64,000 nt of DNA, taken from contig OZ316897.1 in assembly GCA_973895155.1 (NCBI GenBank), forward strand, positions 18,014,457-18,078,456. Direction: 5' to 3'. The DNA is from Marsupella aquatica. Lineage: Eukaryota; Plantae; Marchantiophyta. A model generated the notes under the pieces. That model was not told the origin of the DNA, ran no database searches, and saw only the letters and a list, made by a program, of their open reading frames with translations. Shown here piece after piece: positions 49,401-61,800 of this stretch. The position numbers and the translations under genes were made by a program. Position 1 is the stretch's first letter, and every line of letters starts with the position of its first letter.

Positions 49401-50091
49401 ACAAGAACGGGAGGAAGCCCAGAAGGAACTTGAGGAGGCACGCAAGGACCTGGATGAGACCCAGGAGGAGTTGGAGGAAATCACGAGGAAGATGGAGAAC
49501 CTCCAGCGGCGGGCCGACAACCAAACGGAGCGGCTGAAGAAACAAGCCGCAGTATTTAGGTGCTTGTCTTCATCAGGCCCAACTCCAATTGGGGCAACCA
49601 AGTTACCAGGAGTGGTACTGGCCGAAGAAAAAGCCGCGCCAACTGCACCAGTGCCGGAGGTAAGTGGGAAGGGGAAGGGACCAGCTGCCGAACCAGAAAA
49701 GAAGAAAAAGCGGAAACCTTCAGGGTCAAGGAGTAATCCGACTCCACAAGCCGTGGTGACCAAAGAGGTAGAACCAGCACCATCCTCCGACATGAATACG
49801 GCAATAGATCCCGCTATGATCACAGGTGGGGGTGGTGCGGCCCAAGCCAAACTACTCAGTAAGGAGGCTGGTATTCCAGATCCGCCTCTTGAGCAGGCCG
49901 GGGAGACCGTAGCCGAGGCTGAGGCCATAACCGATTCTCGAGCCGATGCCGACGCCGATGGTGGACCCAATCAGGCCGATGGAGAGTTGACTCAGTCAAG
50001 GGCAGGTAATCTGTCAGGGAATGAGCCTACGGCAGTGGCTGAGGAGGAAGCGTTGGGGGCGTCCATTAAGGATCCACCACCGGTGTCGTGA
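46459..50091 (+). pseudogene. LTR-retrotransposon accessory ORF (~1210 codons, one internal stop): plant-transposon-protein/PMD-like domain plus long coiled coil
   Basis: 46459-48507 and 48667-50091 share a frame separated by a single TGA at 48505. Contains GLEAFVRLPW...EFVGSW...IYGKDFYLTPKVIAEVFGLP and E/K/Q-rich heptads at ~48800-49550. Confidence 0.6.
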
Positions 50092-50995
50092 CGGTGCAAG
50101 GGCGCCGTTCCTTTTAAGGAGGGCGGACATGGAGGGAGGAGGCGTGAGTGGGCAGGGCGGGCGCGGATCTCCACGTTTAGGATTAGGATCAGAACCAGGA
50201 GCGGCCCTGACACTTAGCTTAGTGGGATTGCGGTCCCACTGGTAGGAGCAACACTTGTGCTCCTGCCTTGCTGTACATAGGTAGATTCGGGCAAGTAGAT
50301 TACTGTTAAGTAGATTAGGCTTACGATGCAAAGAATGGCGGATCCACTACCAGGATAAGTACCTGGGCAACGGGGAGCTCAGGGCCTCTTCTTTAGCAAG
50401 TTTTTAGTTTGCACCAGCCGGGCTGGGATCAAGTAGTACGAGAAGCTCTCGGTTAGTCATACAGTGACCCTTGTGTATATTCATGTTTCCTCATGCCTAA
50501 GAGCTGAATAGAGTTGGCCTCACGGCTTAGTTCGCAGAACTTGTGTATGAGATGTACTGTTTGTATGGCAAGTGCATGGTATGACTCAGTCAGAATGAGT
50601 CATTTTGCTATTTGTGTGTCGCATTAACTTGTGTGAAGAGTGCCCACATCAATAGAAGGAAGGAAAGTAAGTAGGAGAGTGAGAGTTGGATGTGTCGAGC
50701 TGAGAGAGGTCTTAGCGGCTTAACCAAGCCTATTGGGGATCATTCCGGCGGCGGAATCCAAACATACCTAACAAGACGGAGGGGAAGACAGGGGAAGACA
50801 GGGGAAGGCCTATATTAGGCCGGCTACGTATCTCATGACCCGATGAAGGATCTGTCCAGTATATGTGTGTAAAATGTTAATAGTAGTAGTAGAAGGTTAG
50901 CAGCGTCCCATGCCGCTAAGCCACGGAAACGGCCTCGCCAAGCACAAAACCTGCGGGAATCGGCTTGAGCTGGGGGGTTTCTTGGGTTTAGGGAG

Positions 50996-52357
50996 TGTCG
51001 TATAGTGCTAAGTATCAAAAGTGACTCTTCTCACCTAAAACCAGGGTTTCGATCCCTTTAAGAACAGATTTCAGAATGAATTGTATAACTTTTATCACTC
51101 CGAGTGATTTAGAGTCTTGAGCTCTATGTTGACTTCACTTCTCAATAAAAAAAATCGAATAAACAAACAACAAAGTAACTGAACTTCTGATTTATGAATT
51201 AGAGAAGAAATGAGTAAGGATTTAGAGACTACAAGCTGCTACTGCCACTCCTTCAGAAAGGATTTGGGCTCAGTATAGACATGAAATCTATCTCATAATT
51301 CATCCATCTCACTCTTCAAAACACAAAGGTTAATGATAATGGAATTCTCAATCTGATGAAGCAGAAGCTTTCTGATTGCAAATGAATGATATGATTTAAA
51401 ATGCCGTCAACATGGTTTGACATCAGCGATACACAATTCAGTCAAACTCTAAACCATATTCCAGAATCAAAGCAACAGTACTAACTACTCTGAGAATCAG
51501 AATTTACTTCTCATTTATCATTAACTATTCTTGAATTGGCTAGCGAATCCCGACTCTGCAAGCAAGCCTAGCAGTGAATTCAATACGAGTTTCAGAAATC
51601 TGCAACTGAATTCAATCACCACAGGAATCTCTTGAATTCAATCTTAACTTCAATCAATATAGCTTTACTTCCATACAAAACACTCACAGCATGCCTTGTT
51701 ACAATGGAAGGAGGAGAAAACTATTCAGAAGACTCAATTCTGAATACAGTATTAACTCTATTTCTCTCTACTTCAAATGAGCATTCTACTCTGTCTTATA
51801 AGTGCTGGAATCCTAAAATGGAGGAGGTAAGAACAGTCATGCCTTTCCAAGCTTAAAACTAAACAAGGGAGAAGCACAGCATAAGTACTTCAACAAGGGT
51901 GGTAGAATACTACTTTACTAGTAATCTACTTCAAAAACTAAGTGTTGAGCGGACGCTGCTAGAAGCGTCTTAAGTAAAACCAACGGACGCTGCTCACACT
52001 GCTCACAGCGTCAATACTAGGGTGGACGCTGCTCACAGCGTCGTGTGTTGAAGCTGACGCTTTCCACAGCGTCGGTCGAAATCCTCATAGAGTCTTGGTG
52101 GCGGTCGGGCGCTGCCAAAAGCGTCATGAGGAGGTTGGACGCTTCCGCAGCGTCTTGAGTAAAAGAAACGGGCACTGGTCACAGCGTCGGGCAAAGTACA
52201 CTAGGAATCGTCAGGAAAGCCGGAGATGTCAAATATTTCTATAAGTGTCCAGAACAAGTAAATGTTGGCCGGAAGGTGTCTAAAGTGTAAGTAAATCTTG
52301 TGATATGCTAAAAATAAACAAGTTTCCAGAAAAAATTGCAGGGACACCCATACCACA
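50996..52357 (-). repeat. 3' LTR (1362 bp, TG...CA)
   Basis: TGTCGTATAG...TACCACA; matches 63132-64000 except for one substitution seen (gtcAtg vs gtcGtg); preceded by candidate TSD GGGAG. Confidence 0.95.
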
Positions 52358-52375
52358 TAGCCCTCCACTTAAATT
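52358..52375 (-). other. Polypurine tract
   Basis: AATTTAAGTGGAGGGCTA directly before the 3' LTR on the minus strand. Confidence 0.8.
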
Positions 52376-52434
52376 TCGCCGTGTCCCCACAAGACATGAC
52401 CGAATTGAATCAGAAGCGAGTGACATGTTCTTCA

Positions 52435-52811
52435 TTAATAATATTCTGGCTTAATAATCCAAGTAGTGCTCAAAATCATTGACGGGAGTTGGGAGATATC
52501 CGAATCCAGAATATAAAAATCAAGGTCATGGAATTCTTCTCCGATCTGTATTGGGACTCCTTTAACTCTTCCCCAAAGATTAATGATTCGTCCATCGATT
52601 GATATCTGAGCAGATATCGGTTGTACTTCTTGATGAACAAATTGCTGGCACAGTCTGTGGGAGAGGAAATTAATTCGAGAGCCTGGATCAATAACAAAGT
52701 GTTGAATAGCATGTCCTCCCAGTTTGATCTTGCCTTCAAAGGAATGTTGGAAAGCACGGGGTAAAGAATTCCAACAATCCATAGTAGCTTTGATGTCCCA
52801 CATGAGCAAGC
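52435..52811 (-). CDS. Second retropepsin-like aspartic protease domain, probable terminal exon of the extra ORF
   Basis: IKLGGHAIQHFVIDPGSRINFLS...GRVKGVPIQIG...LDFYILD...MILSTTWI; preceded by a polypyrimidine tract and TTTAG acceptor. Confidence 0.65.
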
Positions 52812-52925
52812 CTAAATATCAATTCGAAGGAGAAAGAAGGAAACAATTGCAGGATGCTGCAAAAGTAACGGCTTATATACATATAAATGACAACACCGTT
52901 TGATATCTCTCATAAATGGTGTCCT

Positions 52926-55499
52926 TCAAATCTGTGTCCTAGATAAAACACCTTGAATAATCACATCCGGATAAGAAGGAATAATAGGTAGGAACGCTAA
53001 ACACCTAAGCGACTTGAACCCTTGGGAAGCCGGTAGCATACATTGTTTTGTAATCAACTGCTCCCTTAGCTTAACAAGCTTCTTCTCATATTTAATTGGA
53101 ATAGCAAACCCACCAGGACAAACCCAAACATAGTATGGATAGGGCCATGGAATTTCCGGCACAAGGGGCGGAAATGGAGCTTGAGCTCGTCGAAGCATAT
53201 ACACCCAACACCAAATTTCGAACTCCGAAAACTTATGTCGTCTGTCCTTATCAATGGGAGGAACCGCCTTCCCAGGTTCATATGTGCGAATCAAACTACG
53301 AATCCTCGGATGGGATGTCATTGGCAAAATCTGCTGCTGCTGCAAAATGCTCTCCATCTCCAGATGTCGAAAAGCTACTCGAAAATGTTTCTTCTCCCAC
53401 CTGTGAATTGAAGCCAAATTAGGGATAGGATTTCGGGGTGGCAAATCCACTGTATGCCGAAGTCGAGGAGGTACTCTGATAATGCGAGGGTCTTCGTCTT
53501 CTTCTCCATCACTTGGTGCTCCTATCCAACGGAAAATTACATCTGGCATAGCGGAAGGAATCACTGACTCCTTAACTGGTCGAATTGGCAATGTAACAGG
53601 AGACGAAGGAGCAAAAGGTTCGGGCTCCAGTGGTTCAAATTCTTCTCTTGCAACAGTAGCTGGTTGATCTGCAGTGGGATGCATTGGTACTAAAACAGGA
53701 AGTTCTTCTTTAAAATTATCGCTAGGTAAAGAGACTTCCTGGTTAGTTCGATCTGCCAAAAGTACAGGAAGGGGTAGCTCGTCTGTTCCGATAGGTGCTT
53801 CTCCCTGTTCAAAATCCTGGGAAGATGCTTCAGGAAAGATCTGTCGACTGATAGCATGGCGCAACCGTTTCCAAGATTTTCGAGTATACGTCACTGAAAA
53901 CTCCTCCCGAATGTTTTTATCCTCGTTTGTAGCCAATGAAACTGGTGCTGAGCTGGTTGTCGAAGCGGGTGTCTCGGGTACCAATATGGGTACAGATATA
54001 CCCATATTACCAGATACCTGATTGCGACTCGGAAAACCAGCAGAGCCTCCTTCAATCAACTCATCTTCAGGAGAAACCCATTTTACAGGCGGAAATGAAG
54101 GAGCTCCTATCGCGGCTATTGCCTCATCTAATTCCTTAGTTATATCCAAAGGAATCGATATGAGTGAACCAGGTGTAGACCAGGCAGGGTATCTTGCGAC
54201 AGATTGGGGAGAAGTCACTGGTTCACCTACTTCGTCTATATCCACAATTGCATCCTCCGAATCAACTTTAACCAGCTTCACAATTTCTGAGCTTAATATT
54301 TCTGACTCCTGGACCAGAGGGATTTCACCTATATTTGGGCTAGAACTAAGAGAGTCGGACGAATCATACTCCTGTAAAGCCTGCAAAGCATCACTATTTG
54401 CCTCTATGGGAACCAAAACAGGGGTAGAAGTAAATCCATCATACTCGTCCTCAGCAGTAGAATGTTGAAGAGGTTCCCCTGAAAAACCTTCTTCATCCAC
54501 CCTCACCTCATCTTCAACATTCATCCGAGAAGCAGAATTATCCTGATCAACATCATAAATAGGCTCGGCAGCACAAGGTGAACACGAGAGTCGAGGTGAC
54601 ATAGAATGCTCCAACCCTGTTGGCATTGCTGAAGGAACATCTTCGGCAACTTGAGCCTCTCTTGGTTGGTGAAGAATCGGATCGTCACTCCCTTCAGCTG
54701 ATGCTCTTGTCTCTTTCAATTTCCGAACTTCACCCACCAGTTCAGGTTCCTCACAGTCGAGTATTGCACATAGCTCTACCACTGTGGAATTGGCTCGGAC
54801 TTCTCGTACTTCAGGCATATAATTTGCTTCACCGGTAGATGCTCTCTGATTGTTGCGATAAAAATCTTTTTCCAAGACAAGCAGACAGTCATACTTATGG
54901 TAAATGTGAGCTAAATAAGGGGCCAAGTAGGTACACCTTATTTTCCCCGTTTTCAGCCTGCTACGAAAATTTTTGACCTGAGTATGAATTACTCGGTGCA
55001 AAACCTTCGTCCAATTGATAGACTGCGTCTGTTCTAATGAACAGATCACCGTTGCAGCGAACGAAAGAGTGATGCGCGTCTGGCTTTCTGGGTAGAAAAT
55101 TGGTGCCAGAAATCGAAATAGACGCTGCAGAGAATTATCTAAGCAGTCCGCCGCTAGCCATCCATTCCGCCTCTTGAAAGATCCTGGAGCGAAGAAGGAT
55201 TCTACATAAACCCGAGGCTCACAATCAACCCTCTGTAAATCCTCGCCCTCCATCGGCGTCGAATAGACCTTCGCTATGAGCGCTTCAGTCCAAACACTGG
55301 GACGCGAGCGCACACCAATCCTTTCTTCAGCGTCCCAGACACCTTGATCGATAAGGCTGAATTCGCAAATCTTCCAAGGAAGTTGAAGCAGCTTCTTCAA
55401 GCCCATTTTTGCCAGAGCCGTCTTCAACTGCCGCCTATGCACTGCATTCGATGGAATGTCTGCGAGTATTGGTCGCGTCGTCAGCTCAGTCTCCGCCAT
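52926..55499 (-). CDS. Extra ORF in the env-like position (857 aa): N-terminal plant-transposon-protein-like domain, acidic/Pro-rich linker
   Basis: Intact ATG-started ORF between integrase and 3' LTR, on the element's sense strand; no obvious signal peptide. Confidence 0.8.
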   Translation of the reverse strand: MAETELTTRPILADIPSNAVHRRQLKTALAKMGLKKLLQLPWKICEFSLIDQGVWDAEERIGVRSRPSVWTEALIAKVYSTPMEGEDLQRVDCEPRVYVESFFAPGSFKRRNGWLAADCLDNSLQRLFRFLAPIFYPESQTRITLSFAATVICSLEQTQSINWTKVLHRVIHTQVKNFRSRLKTGKIRCTYLAPYLAHIYHKYDCLLVLEKDFYRNNQRASTGEANYMPEVREVRANSTVVELCAILDCEEPELVGEVRKLKETRASAEGSDDPILHQPREAQVAEDVPSAMPTGLEHSMSPRLSCSPCAAEPIYDVDQDNSASRMNVEDEVRVDEEGFSGEPLQHSTAEDEYDGFTSTPVLVPIEANSDALQALQEYDSSDSLSSSPNIGEIPLVQESEILSSEIVKLVKVDSEDAIVDIDEVGEPVTSPQSVARYPAWSTPGSLISIPLDITKELDEAIAAIGAPSFPPVKWVSPEDELIEGGSAGFPSRNQVSGNMGISVPILVPETPASTTSSAPVSLATNEDKNIREEFSVTYTRKSWKRLRHAISRQIFPEASSQDFEQGEAPIGTDELPLPVLLADRTNQEVSLPSDNFKEELPVLVPMHPTADQPATVAREEFEPLEPEPFAPSSPVTLPIRPVKESVIPSAMPDVIFRWIGAPSDGEEDEDPRIIRVPPRLRHTVDLPPRNPIPNLASIHRWEKKHFRVAFRHLEMESILQQQQILPMTSHPRIRSLIRTYEPGKAVPPIDKDRRHKFSEFEIWCWVYMLRRAQAPFPPLVPEIPWPYPYYVWVCPGGFAIPIKYEKKLVKLREQLITKQCMLPASQGFKSLRCLAFLPIIPSYPDVIIQGVLSRTQI

Positions 55500-55887
55500 C
55501 GCGTGACTTGTTAGCTCCGTAAGCTCAGTGAGAATCGTGTTCCATAGTGAACTAGGGCGAAGCGCGACTGCTTACTCCTCAGCGTCCCGTTGAGCTGTCG
55601 CAATCCGCCATTGTACAAGACGCCTAGTCATCGGCTCACAGCGTCTCATGCAACTGAACTAATACAAAAGCGGACCTCTGCACAACGTCCTTTGTAAACT
55701 AAGTGGACGCTTCCCCAGCGTCGAGTTACAATGGACGCTTTTCACAGCGTCCAATGTAAAAACTGAAAGTAACTAAAAATAAATAAAAAATAAAAATATG
55801 CCGAATACTTACTAGGGAGGGTCACTAATTCTAACTAAGTATAACTACCGCCCTCCACTTAAATTGCAACCTGTCCCAGGTGGAATT

Positions 55888-58859
55888 CTAAATGGAAGAC
55901 TCATAGTACCGTTTAATCCTAAACCCATTGATTCTAGTGTTAAGTGGGTGACCATCTAAGGTAGTCAATGAAACTGAACCATTATCCCAGATGTGTGTAA
56001 CTCGGTAAGGACCAATCCAATGAGTATGAAGTTTCCCAGGAAATAGCATATAACGAGAATCAAAGACTAATGCTAATCACCAACATCTAACTGCACTACG
56101 CGCAGCTTCTTATCATAAGCAAGTTTACGCTGGTTCTGAATGGTGACTGTATGGTCTAATGCTAAAAGTCTAACTTCTTCTAATTTAACAATATTGGAAA
56201 ACCGATGTGAGAGACTATCTGAAGGAGAGAGTCGGTGTGGTACCAAGATACGTTCCGTTGGTAACGAAAATTCTATTGGAATAATACTATTCAGGCCATA
56301 GGTCAGATAGAAGGGGGTGTGAAGAGTTGTAATCTTCTCAGCGGTGCGGTAAGCCCATAATGCAGAATGGAGCTTCACATCCCAATCTGTCTTGTGAGAT
56401 TCTACCATTTTATTCAGAATCTTGCCCATAATGCCATTAGCTCTCTCGGTTAAGCCATTAGCTCGGGGGTTGTAAGGAGTAGTTTTGCGATGCTTGATAA
56501 GATAAAGGTCAGTGATTAACTCAATAGTTGAGTTAAGAAAATGCAAACCCCTATCGCTTACCAACTCCAAAGGACAACCAAACCGGGTGATAATGTGCTC
56601 AAAGAGAAATGCAGCTGCGGTTATAGCATCATTCTTGCGAGTAGCTTTCGCCTCTACCCATTTGGTGGCATAATCAGTGGCCAGAATAATATATTTGCTT
56701 CGGCTTTTCCGAGCTGCTGGAGAAATTGGGCCAATAAAATCAATCCCCCATTTCTCAAATGGTGCCAACGGAAGGATAGGCGTAAGAGGCCATTTGGAAC
56801 TAGCAGTGGGCTTCCCGATCCTTTGACAGGGATCACAGGTCTTAATAAAATTGTAAGTATCTCGATGCATAGTAGGCCACCAGTATCCAGCATCCAAAAT
56901 TTTCTTAACTGTGGTATTCACAGCATAATGCCCACCGGTTTCTCCTGAATGTAAAGCTTCAATTACTTGGGGAAGTTCCCTATCCTCTAGACAACGTCGT
57001 AATTGTTGATCAGGACCTTGTTTAAACAAAGTGCCCCGAATAATGGTATAGGGACCCACCTTATGAGCAAAGACAACTCGTTCTTCCGCATTAAAGCCTT
57101 CAGGGAACGTTCCATGAAGCAGCATGTGCACAATATTAAAATATCGAGAAGACTCCCCTTCAATGTGCCACAAATGCTCGTCAGGAAATTCATCGGAGAG
57201 ATTATGCTGATTCTCCGGACCAGGTAACCGAGATAGGAAGTCTGCATTCTCATGATGTTTGCCAGGTCGGACATGAACTTCATAATCAAATTCTTGGAGT
57301 AGTAAAACCCAGCGGGCTACTCGTCCTGAGAGATCCACTTGGTTAACCAAATATTTTAAGGAATTATGATCAGTGTGAAAAGTAACCTGATACCCCAACA
57401 AATAGTGACGAAATTTCTTACACGCAAAGACGATGGCCAAAGCTTCCCGTTCAGTGACGGAGTAGTTTTTCTCGGCTGCACTCATTTGGCGGCTGGCATA
57501 GTAAATTGGATGGTCACGGTTTTCCACATCCTTCTGACTGAGATTAGCTCCAATGCAGAACGCAGAAGAGTCAATGAAGACATGAAACTTCTTAGTCCAA
57601 TCTGGGGGTGACAAAATAGGTGCAGAGATTAACCGATCCTTGAGCAACTGGAATGCTTGCTGCCGCTCCTCATTCCATGTATATTCCACATCACTTTTTA
57701 ACAGTTGGGTTAAGGGTAAGGCAATATTAGCATGTTTATAAATGAACCGACGATAATACCCCACATGTCCCAGAAAAGCACGAAGCTGCTTTAAATCGGT
57801 CGGTGGTTGCAACTCCATAATTACTCTAACCTTCTCTGTATCAACCTCAATGCCGCGTTGTGAAATAACATGGCCTAACAAAATTCCCTCCTTCATACCA
57901 ATAAAGCACTTTTCTGGATGAAGACACAACTGAGCCTCTCTACACTTCTGAAATGTCTTCTCCAAATGGACGAGGTGTTCAGCCGCTGACCCGTAAACAC
58001 AAAAGTCGTCAATAAAAATCTCCATGAAATGCCGCAAATATTCTTGAAAAATAATCATCATAATGCGCTGAAAAGTACCCGGGGCATTACACAGCCCAAA
58101 AGGCATCATGGTAAATGCATATGTACCCCAGTCGGTGGTGAACGTAGTCTTGTCGCGATCCTCCTTCCGAATGGACACCTGGTTATAACCAGAGTACCCA
58201 TCTAAAAAACTGTATAACTCATGCAAGGCCACTGAATCAAGTACCAGATCAATAAATGGCAAAGGATAATGATCTTTCCGAGTGGCAGCATTCAACTTCC
58301 GGAAGTCTTGACAAACGCGAATTTTCGTTTTACCATCGGGTCCCGGCTTTTTGGGGACAATGACAATTGGTGAGACCCATTCACTACTCAAGACCGGGTA
58401 GATAAATCCAGCAGTCGTGAGCTTGTCCAACTCGTCTTTAACCAGGATGGAATATTTGGGATTCAAACGGTACTGTCTCTGTCGGACAGGTACTGCTCCT
58501 TCCATAAGGTCAATACGATGTTCGCCCAAATGTGGATGGATACCTTTTAAATCAGAATGACTCCAGGCAAAGACATCTTTATACTGGGTTAATAAACTGA
58601 TATACTGTTCCCGTAGCTCTCCTTCGATATGCTTACCAATATTCAAAAACTTGCCTGGCTCAATTTCGATTTTCTGACAAGCTTTTGGATCCACAATTCC
58701 ATCCGTGAGGTTTGCCGGCTGAAGTCCAAGTTTGGATACTTCTGGTGCAAATGGCTCAAGGGTAGCTGACACTCCCATATCATGGTGTAAATCCCTATTA
58801 GCCTCAGTATTAGGAGGTTCGTCTGCTGCTGGGCCCACTTCCGATGATGAAGTTAATTG
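55888..58859 (-). CDS. pol: pol: reverse transcriptase, RNase H, integrase; apparent 1-bp frameshift near the end
   Basis: SEWVSPIVIVPKK; LDGYSGYNQ; MPFGLCNAPGTFQR; FIDDF; DSSAFCIGA; TDHNSL; HHCC zinc finger; WGIDFIGP; SDRGLHF; PRANGLTERANG. The GPY/F tail (PGKLHTHWIGPYRV) continues in another frame after ~56075 to the stop at 55888. Confidence 0.95.
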
Positions 58860-61800
58860 TCAGGAGGGCCTAGTTGGTTTTATGGGAGCATCAGACAGAT
58901 AAACTTCCAAGTAACGAACTTCCTCCAGTTCAAATTCCAATGGCTGCAGGACTAGCGAAGAGGTCGAAAAATCCGAGGTGTACCCATCATCTGTTTGTGT
59001 TTCTCCAAAATGTGGTTCCGGAACCCAACTAACAGTCACCTTAGGCTTCCCAAATGAAAGCTCTTGAGATTGCCAATTAACCTGAACTTGAGCCTTATAC
59101 AACCATGGTCGGCCTAACAAAACAGGAAAGCTGGATGGTATTTCCGGATTAATAACCACATAATCCAACAGAAAAGGGACACCAGCAATCAAAGTTTCTA
59201 CTTTGGTCAGCTTCCCTATGGGTACCACACGAGACTGATCCGCCATGCGCAAAATCTTGGGAGTGGGCTCAAACTTAGTGAAACCCAAATTAAATGCTGC
59301 TGATTGTGTAATCAGATTAACGCTGGCTCCTCCATCCACAGGAACTCTCCGAATGACACACCCCTGGATTTGAACCTCAATTTCCATCGGTCCTTTGTCC
59401 TCCCACTCTGTTCGTAGCACATCCACAGAAGGTAACTTCTTCTTCCTCCGTTTTCCTGCAAGGAGGCTCCTCAGCTGTCGCCTATAAACCGGATTGTCCT
59501 GTAATAATTCCCCAATGGTGATATGTGCAGGATGATTCTTGACATCTTCAACAATATCATAACCTGGATTTTTCAGTGGCTCTTTAGCTTTGACTACTAC
59601 TGGTGGGTTAGGAGATTGCACTTGCTCCTTAACTAGCTCTTCCAGATGGTCTTTCACTTCCAAAGAGATGTCGGGCAAGAAGTATTTTGGGTCATATCGG
59701 TCATAAGCAGGGTCGTCTTCTTTGTCGAGGCCTTCCTTACATGGCTTGCGCCCTTCATCCTTGGGAGCTTTCGCGACCTTCTGATGCTCGTGCTTCTTGG
59801 TCTCCTTTTTCTTCGAACGAGTAGTTGCGTAAATATTAGTCAGAACTTTATCCCGATTCTGAACTCGATCATTCGGCATACCAACTACTTCAGGTTTCAC
59901 TAAATGACTTACCAAGACATCAGGCACCACCCCGGATACTGGTTGATGAAAAAGTGAATCTGGCTTTAATTCCACCCGATTTACATCCATATGTTGAATG
60001 AAGCTGCATTGCTCCATCTCTTCAGAATAAACCATCCGAATCTTGGCTTCAGGTCGACTTGCTTCTTTAACTGGCTCTTGAGCAAATCGAACCATCAGCC
60101 TAGGCTTAGCCGGATTCGGGCATTCCACCGGTAAGTGTCCTTCTTTTCCACAGTTCCCACAGACAGGTGTATACCCCACCTCCTGTTTGGGATAAGGGCA
60201 CTGGGGTGAATAATGATCAGGTTGGCCACAATTCCAACAAGCCCCTTTTTGACGCGGCATTCCTCGTGGTGGGTATCCTCCCGGGGGTCCCATGGGTGGT
60301 CTTGACGTTGGTTTATTGAAAGTGGGCTTAGGTGGTCCCCAAGTCGGTCTGGAAGCAGGAGGTGGTGGGAAATACTGTCCAGGGGGTGCTGTTTGGACGG
60401 TATACGCGGGATCGTACTCATACTCCTCAGCCTCTTCTTGAGCATCTACATAATTCACCGGGGTTCGTAATGTGGGGCACTCGTTCGGGTAATGGCCCTG
60501 CTGACTGCATCGGGTGCACCATACGTTCATTCTCATGGGAGCAGGCAACCTTCGTACTGGTTTTACCGCGGCGATATTGACATTCAACTTGGACAATTGG
60601 CCAGAGAGTTCTTCCATCATGCGATCCATCTTCTTCTGGTTGGGAACTTTATTATTCCCTTTTACAGAGGATTTCTTCTTTTTAGGAGCAACGGATTCTG
60701 AGTCGGAACTTGAGCTTGAACTATCACTAGTGCTCGAATTTGTACTCTCGTCCTCCTCACTAGTGCTACTTTCACTTGATTCCGTCTCCGAGTCAGATTT
60801 AGACCTGGACGTTTTCTTCTTCTTTCTTTTGTCTTTCTTCAGGTCCTTCTTAACTCGTTTTCTCTCTGAAATCTCCGAGTCTACGTACTTCTGGGCTGCC
60901 TCTTGTACTTCTTCCAAAGTGGTGCCACCTTCTCGTCTCACGTAACGAGCAATCCTGGAGGGTAAACCGTTAATAAACCAGTCCTTGATAGTAGATTTCG
61001 AGGTAGCTGGATTATATTGATCTACCAAATCCAATAATTTGTCGGCATATTTCCTCACAGACCCATGTTTCTTCATGTGCAGATGTGAGATTCGGGCAAA
61101 GGCACGCGCAGCTGCTCCTTCTTCTTTATATTTGGCCAAGAAAGCAGCCTTCAATTTCCCCCAATCCTGCTTGTCCGGAAAACGGTCATACCATTTCTGA
61201 GCACCCTTTTTCATTAGACCACCAAACAGATTGGCTTTTTCAGCGTCTTGACTCTGTCCATTGGATGCAGCTGCAACTTCAAATTCTTTCAAATACACCT
61301 CTGCATCCTCCTTGGAAGTACCGAAGAACCGGTCGTACCTCACATTATTTCGAGCCATCGTGGTTGGAGCTAGGAGGGTAACGAAAGGAAGAGCTGATCG
61401 GGTAGCAAATGGGTTTGGGCTGCCCAAGCCTGAACTGCTGCTTGTCTCACTAGAAGACGAACCACCGGCTTCACTCAGTGGTTCTGGATTATCCAATTGT
61501 GAAAGACCGACAGAATTATCTTGGGCCAGCGATTCTGCAACTGTATTCTCGGGCAAACCCAAATTTCTTCCTTCGGTATGAGATAAGGCCCTCTCAGTGG
61601 TACTATCCACACCAGAGTCAATTTGGTTCACCGAACGTACTGTCTGCTGGCGGAGCTTGGTCTTTTGAGAACCAATAAGTTTTGGACCTGAACGAAGATT
61701 TACAAACAGGGGTCGGGTCGACGTGGGCCTTTCCAAAGAGCCACTTGCCTCTTGAATAGATCCCACTTGTTTCCACACACTACCCGGTGCAGGTGCTCCT

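Noticed and set aside
51632-51856. 74-aa ORF duplicated at 63768-63992
   Set aside because: Lies within the LTRs; duplication is explained by LTR identity.
52926-55499. Calling the extra ORF a true envelope glycoprotein
   Set aside because: No evident signal peptide or clear transmembrane anchor; only its position is env-like.
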